Assembly (NCBI RefSeq): GCF_009914755.1
Contig: NC_060929.1
Strand: one strand, 5' to 3'
From: the human T2T-CHM13v2.0 reference genome, Homo sapiens
DNA length: 64,000 nt
Shown: positions 56,577 to 64,000 of the stretch, piece after piece
Position numbering within the stretch: the stretch's first letter is position 1
Layout: each line of letters begins with the position of its first letter
The notes under the pieces: generated by a model
The model's input: only the letters and a program-made list of their open reading frames with translations
Told to the model about the DNA's origin: nothing
Database searches by the model: none
Position numbers and translations under genes: made by a program

Positions 56577-58586
56577 GATGTAATGTAAAACCATAACTGC
56601 TTATTGTTTGATAGAGCCAATTATTTCATTACATTTTTCCATTTTTGGCTTGGCCCCACAAAATGTATTCACAAAATACACATAAATCATCTCTTTTGAG
56701 TTCATGAAACTTTCTTGATGAATAATTTAACCTTAGAATAAATTATCAGTGATAAGCTTCTTCTAAAGAATAAAATATTGCAATAATCCAAAGCACTACC
56801 ATTTCTCTGCTAAAACACATTTTGTCACATAAGTGTAACTCTTTGACCTGGATAATTCTTCTGTTGCCCAAGTTTAAGGAGACATCAGCCCCTTTCTTCT
56901 TAAAATAACATAATTCTATAACAGCTGAGTGTGGGGCAGAATTCAAAATGTGCGTAATAGAAAGTGTGCTTGTGGAAAACCAGAATGAGTCTTTTGAAGG
57001 ATGGTTCTGTCCCTAGAAGAGGCAATATTATGGAATTTATACCTATATACTTGTTTATATGCCATTCAAATATAATGCATATTTTATACATTCTTCTTTT
57101 TCAGAGGTAAGTTTAGATGCATTTTTTTCCTATGTATTACTAAGTGGTAATACAATTACCCGCCCCCCACCTCCAAAAAGAAAAAATAAGTTAGTCCTGA
57201 ACAGCAATTAGGATCTCCCTGTCCTCAAGCTGGCGATTCTTCTTTTGATTTCAATAGTTAAATACAACCCCACATTATGTGAGTGCCACAAGTAATAAGA
57301 TTTCCATTGAAAGAGCCTATTATTAGCAGAAGTATGGTTACAAAAACAGGTAAAGAAATTTCATCATAGAAAGTCAAGATGATGAAAATGACGAGTAGAT
57401 GCTTAAGGAACAGGAAATTCCATGAGCTGATTCACATTGCAGAGCGGGGAGACAGGCGTATTTAAAAGAACAACAACCGAGTCGATTTAGCCTTTCTTCC
57501 TCTGTAGGTACATTATTTCTGAAAGAAACCAAGTAAAGGAAGAAAAACTCCATACTGGAGAGAATTTCTAACAACACTGGCTATCTTTAAGTCTTTGCTA
57601 CAAAATTTACACTTCTTAGATTATCTATTCACCATTGACACTCAAAGACAGGCTGCATGCCAAAGCCCTGCCATGAAGATGCGGGAGACCTCATTCTGTA
57701 AATCAAGATTCCAAAGAAGAAAATGATCTGTGTTTTTATGAAAAATTTACCTTTGAATTTGAACATAGTTATATCATATATGAAATACCCATATTTAAAT
57801 GTAATGCACATAAAATTACACCCTATTTCCAAAAATAAAAAACGAAAAATCTGTACTCAGACAAGAATTTTTAAGAAGATTGAAATATTTAGAAAATGAT
57901 GCATTTTCATAAAACAGTAACATAGTAAAATCTATAAAGCTACACAGTATAGTCCCTTACCCCTTAGTTTCCCAGGAAGCACAATTTACCGGAGGAAAAG
58001 ATTCAGGGAGCAGTTTCAATGTAGCAGAGTGTGTGAAGGAAGGTGGACTAGCTAGTAATTGAAATGTCAAACTTTCCCCCGATTTTGGATTTAACATTGC
58101 GCTCTTGTAACACTAATATAGATGAATATGGCAAATGTTTTAGGGCACAGTAAAAAATCTGAATGAATTAGCAGGTGTTCAGTATGTTCTCACAGAAAAG
58201 AAAAATCAAATGAGTTAACTGATTTTACTTCACTTAGTATTCAATATCCCCATTAAATTTTTCAAAGTTGAAAATCCCTTAGGCTAAAACCCAAAAGCTT
58301 ATGTTAACGCTGTACTAAATATAATCTGCCAAGTACTCAAATGAGTGCTGTTAGACATAGGAATTCTGTATCTTCAGTTGGAAGCTTGAAAAATGCATCC
58401 GTTCGAATATATAAATGGATTGCTAATAATAAATATAAACTCCAAGAATTTTAGATATAAAACAGTAGAGGATAGATGTTTATTATTCACTTTAAATTTT
58501 CTGTATATGGAACAAAAATATGTTATATATTTTTACTTAATTTATGTTTAAAATTATATTTACATTTAAATATACATTTAATATAA

Positions 58587-58920
<334 letters not shown>

Positions 58921-60286
58921 TAATCTTCCTTTTATACAATAGAATGGATTATTCCCATTAATTAATACTAAGTATTATATAATATCCTGCTCTAGCATTA
59001 CATGTTAAATATATCTGAAAGAATATTGTTACATATTGATGGGTTGTCATGTTTTTTACACAAATATATCCAATTATATGAATTTAAAAATATATACACT
59101 TTTAATATAACAATAACTGTAAAGTATAACTGTAAAGGAAAAAGTAATACAAATATGAACAGTGCAAATATTTCTTCAAAACATCTTGAAACTTTATTTT
59201 GATTAGTGAAAATCACAGTGAACATTAAGTTAGAAATATTCAGCAACCTTCCTTAATAAGCCTTTTTCATTTTATTAAAATAATAAAGGTGATTTTTAAT
59301 GGGAGCCCTGACTTTTTTGTAAGCCAAATTATTCTTTGGTCATTAATGCCATTAATGCCATAGGAATTAGGGAGAAAATGTACAGTAAGAGACACTTGTT
59401 CAAACAGATTAAGTCATTACCATAAATATAAAAACATTTTGATATATATTAATTCACAGTAATAAAAATGACAAAATTAAAGAAAAGCTTAGGTAAAAGC
59501 ATGATTCAATCAGAATGGAAGGAAAAAGACTGTCATGTTCCAGGGTCTAAAAAAATTAGTTATTATTAAAAAGGAATACTGACTCTAAGTAGAAATTTGA
59601 GCAGACAAGATTTTTACAAGTAAAATCGTTTTGATTTATTTCAAGGTATATTCATATAAAAATTGTTTCATCTTGATATCGATCTGTGTCCAACAGTGGC
59701 AGCATCACTGAACAAATTAAACACTTAGTTTATATTTTGCATATCTTACAAGTTGAAGAAGAGCCAGGGCTTAGTAAGTTACAGGAACCATAAACTCCTC
59801 TCACTTTATTTCTTAAAGTGAGAAGAGACAATGGGGAAAAATTGTTCTTATTGTATACTATAAAGATGTAATGATACAGGAATTTCTGAGTTTAGAAAGC
59901 CTCATACTCAATTTTCTGTGACCCCCCAAAATAAAATAAATTGTGCGAATCTTTCTTCTGTCTGGAGTTGTCCCTCCCCTAGCCTCATCATTTTATTCCT
60001 GGCTCAGAGCAATTTTCTAGACCCTGTTGCATATATAGTTGAGACCAGATGCTGAGAATGATGTTGAGAAGTGACCAGAGAATAGTGAAAGGATGATTTG
60101 AAGCTATTGATCGGTGTGATTTCTATTTAAAAAACATCACATGGTTGGCTTAAATTTATGGGGAAAAGTAACAATTGAATAGTATGAAATCTGGTAGCAT
60201 ACTTTGAAGAGATGAGAGAGATCTGGGAAAGCAGATGATAGTTCTGCTCAACAAGAAAAGCTGAAAGATCACAAGCTAAGAATTAC

Positions 60287-60325
60287 CTTACTTGATCTTT
60301 TCCAACTCTTCCTCATTAGCATTGT
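60287..60325 (-). CDS. MCTP1: MCTP1 exon, 39 nt, basic linker: TMLMRKSWKRSSK
   Basis: Acceptor ttttatttacag|ACA, donor AAG|gtaatt; phase 0 to 0. Confidence 0.93.
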
Positions 60326-61378
60326 CTGTAAATAAAATAAAGCATTTTCATTATCTTTTCACTCAAGAACAGAATAGGGCAGCCAGTTGTTTTTTAGCGG
60401 AAACATTTATTAGCCCTTGAAACAGCGAACAGTTCCTGCAGCAATTATACAACACAAAACTTGTTTGCCACGCACACACAACTAGAGAAACAACTTTAAC
60501 ATTCCAGCAGTCTTTCTGGTGAGAGTTCATTTGATTTATTCCTTTGTAAAAAAAAAAAAAAAAAAAAAAAGGAACAGTATCGGGATGCCTTTATTGACTG
60601 AAAAAAAACACATTGAGTCTCATAATTTCCAATGGCTCCTTTTGGTGGTGGAGGTTGAGGTTGTACATGACTTGAACAGGTATATAATAATTTTTCTCTT
60701 CAAACACATTCAAAATCTTTTGCTTGGATGGCATCGTAGAATTGTCTCTGTTTCCAGTTAATCTTTAACTACATCAGGGCCTACAAATGCTTTCAATTAA
60801 AAACAAATGCTGCATACTGTGATGGCTACTAGTGTATTTTCCTGCTAAACGTTTAGTGAAAGCATATCCTTTAAATTAGTTAGCTTGTGTCATACTAAGA
60901 AATATGTATGGCCAAAAGTTTTAATTAAGGTTCTAGAGCTTTGTAATGCATCCCCAAGATCACTAATCTCTTGAATAAACTAAATCATAAAAGCCCAACG
61001 AATTTTTTTGTTTTCTCTCTTCACTTAAAAAAATTTCTCAATGAACACTGAAGTATTAACCTTCCTGATTAACCTCTTTCCCCTCTCTTTGCCTTACTAT
61101 TATGTTTAAGGCAGATGAAGTGGAGAATAGGAAATATTCAGGGCAAGGAATATAGCTTAAAGTGCTTGTGCCATATTTGTGTATCAGGGAAATGTACTTT
61201 AAGAACTGTATCTCTTTCAGGAGGATTCACAATAAAAAAGAACCATGTCAGAAACTATTCATGGATTAGAATAACACAAAAATGAAAAGATTTTTAATAT
61301 AAGATGAGGGCAACCTTTAACCTAAACCACAAGAATGAATTTAGACATTCTAGGGTAAAAACTAAGACTAGCGTAACA

Positions 61379-61437
61379 TTTTCAAAGATAATTATATGTT
61401 CCTCTTTTATGTTTTCAAAGATAATTATATGTTCCTC
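61379..61437. repeat. Tandem duplication, 26-bp identical core at 33-bp period
   Basis: ttttcaaagataattatatgttcctc at 61379 and 61412. Confidence 0.93.
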
Positions 61438-61705
61438 CTTAACAAAGACTGTTAAATGTTGACCAAAACATAAAAGAATAATAGATTTCCTAAGGTTACA
61501 ATGATTCCTCATCACCCCTACTTTTTTTTTTAAAGTCAGGAAACTGCAAAGCACTGTTATCAAATACTATTATAGAAATACTTTATGTTTTCAAAGTACT
61601 AAATGTCCAGTTCATTTTGAAGCAACAAATCCCAGCATTGGGTTATAGAGGTGGCCATCTAGGGGGACATGTACTAAATCTTTACTTTTGATGTTACATG
61701 ATTTA

Positions 61706-61761
61706 TTATCATCAGTATCATCATCATCATCACCACCACCATCACTTCCTCCATCATCACC
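61706..61761. repeat. (CAT/CAC)n trinucleotide tract
   Basis: Direct reading. Confidence 0.85.
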
Positions 61762-64000
61762 AAAAGGCAACTGGAAACCAAATACTTAAGTGGTATACCA
61801 TATTTACAAAAACTGCCCCATAAGAGTTGGATAATAAACACTCAACTTTCTCACCAAGCAGAGTTTCAATGGACAAAGAATGGTATATCCTAGAGATGAT
61901 ATTTTGAGTCAAATCAATCAAGAACTATTAAGATACATAAAAAGTACAATCTACAATTCATGGTCACTTATCATCATTATCTAGCATCTAAGAATTTTAT
62001 AATATAAAATTCCATTATATAAGAAATGTTATGCTATGTAAAAGGGCCTTAGAACATTAGAAAGAGTGAAATCTCATGGCAACACTAGCCAATATTACAA
62101 GGATTCCACAAAGTCACATCCCCTGACTCACAAGGACCACATACAATTAACCTTCTATAGTAAACAAAACATAGGACCAGTATTTGTCCTGTCTCTCAAA
62201 ATCAGCTTTATAAGCAGGCTGCATGGTTTTATTTTTCAGATTGAGAAACTGATACAATAAAAAGTCAGTGATTACCCTAAGTATAAATAGGAAAGATTTA
62301 GCAGTTATGAGAACCCATTCACTATTTTCCTAATTCAGTATCTAAAGTTCTATTACTATATCCAGTAACTCTCAAAATGACCCTAGATTTTATAACATTT
62401 CTGCCTCTTGAGCCAAATCTACTACCAAAGCAATGGGTTTAAGTATCTCACTTCCAAGTCCCTTTTTCTTTTAGGTAGTTGAGTTAAGGTCGATTCAATA
62501 AAACTGAAAACAGTAGAAAAATTAAAAAGAAAATTTAATATATATACTATTAATAATGTTTTCTTTGCTATCTGTGAGACATGTTAGAGAAGAAAGATTG
62601 GGGATTGTGAAAGATAGAAGATGAAGCAAATTATAGAAAAATAAGATTTATTTTTTTGCTCTATGATCTTAACTTCAGCTGAGAAACATATGAATTAATT
62701 TTTGAAAGGATTATTGCCTGATATTATTATAGTACAATTCAAATTCTTCATTAGCAGCTCAACTTCCTTGAAGCCAGTAAAAGGAATGAAGTAGCATAAA
62801 AATATGGCTTGTGATAGAGCTGCAGAAGTAATTGTTTTTAAAAGACTCCACGATCTCAATCCATTTTTTAATTTTTATCTTTTGTTGAAGTGACTTTTTA
62901 AGGCAATTATATAACTACTGTACATATAAAGAAATCACAGAATTAGATACAATAGTAACATACATCTTGTAAAGCATACATATATCAACTTTTTGTAGGT
63001 AGATATTTCTTCAAATGTTGGCTGTGTAATAATTCTGAAGAATATCAAAACTAATCCAAGATAAAGAAGTTTTTTTTTTTTTTTTTTTTACTCATCAAAG
63101 GCCAACTGAGATCATTCATATGTTTCTTTGAATTTTCTATTTTTTAGCCTTAGGCAAGCAATTTGTAGGTCTAGGTTATTTAAGAGAGTGTGTAACACAA
63201 ATTAACTCACTTTTATTTCACAAATTCTCCAATGAAGAAAGCTGTGGATTGAACTCTGCTAGAAAAAGAGCCAGAAAGAACTCAAACACACTATCAGACA
63301 AATTGCCATATATAGGACACACATATATGCACTACACACTTTTACAGGTTCAAAAATAGGACATGCAATCAAAACAGAAATGACAATTGTGCCATGCAAC
63401 TCATCAGCATGCCCTCCATGGAGGTTTTGGTTTCTTGTACACACAATGCTGGAAACTTAAAATGTATATATATATATCTTCACATCTGGAAATTTTTTTT
63501 TAAAGACTCAATCATGACCTCAATGGAGAAGATTTTGATATGGCACCTATGAAATACAAATTGCTGCAATTAGACATTGAATATTTTAGAGGCTTTAGTA
63601 GATTCAGTAGGCTGATAGGTTTTTCAACTCATTCTTCACTTTTACTGATTTCTAGAACTGGCAATCCACACAAGGAGAAATCATCCCAACTGCATAATTC
63701 ATGGAACGTATTGTTACTATTAACAGTGCATAAAAAACTCACAAGATGACTGTTTTAGAAATCTTACCACTTTGTAATGCTAAGGACTCTCTACTTCCAG
63801 TTATTCATTTCTTCCTACCTTGCCAGAGCATTTTATTCACATTAATGTTCTATTTCCTATTTGATTGTTAGGATTTATCTGTAAAAGGCTCTTGAAACAC
63901 ATCTCTTTCATTCTCCATTTTTAATACATATAAAATATTTAGCAAAGTTTTATCAACACAGGCATAAGAATAAACATGTGGTTTTTGAACTAACATCTTC

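Noticed and set aside
61294-61563. ORF with repeated KEEHIIIFEN
   Set aside because: Caused by a 33-bp-period tandem duplication; no coding evidence.

Overview
AT-rich primate genomic DNA, most likely human (AluJ/S/Y, THE1/MST LTRs, L2, MIR). The whole window lies inside MCTP1 (multiple C2 and transmembrane domain protein 1), transcribed on the minus strand. I recovered eight GT-AG coding exons (39, 60, 78, 171, 131, 187, 94 and 103 nt) that splice in frame and encode the C2A-C2B linker, the whole C2B domain and the start of C2C; the gene continues beyond both ends. Nearly all ORFs in the supplied track are repeat-derived or chance. I found no convincing new protein-coding system. The best leads are non-coding and are hypotheses from reading by eye: enhancer-like intronic blocks (PBX/MEIS, EBF, GATA and nuclear-receptor motifs) that may belong to the long-range NR2F1 control region known in mouse Mctp1; a modular phase-0 exon linker with an RBFOX site; a candidate in-frame alternative last exon; a 32-bp-stem hairpin; inverted Alu pairs around exons; and several local duplication or stacked-insertion events. 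Repeat boundaries and subfamily names are approximate unless a target-site duplication (TSD) is quoted.
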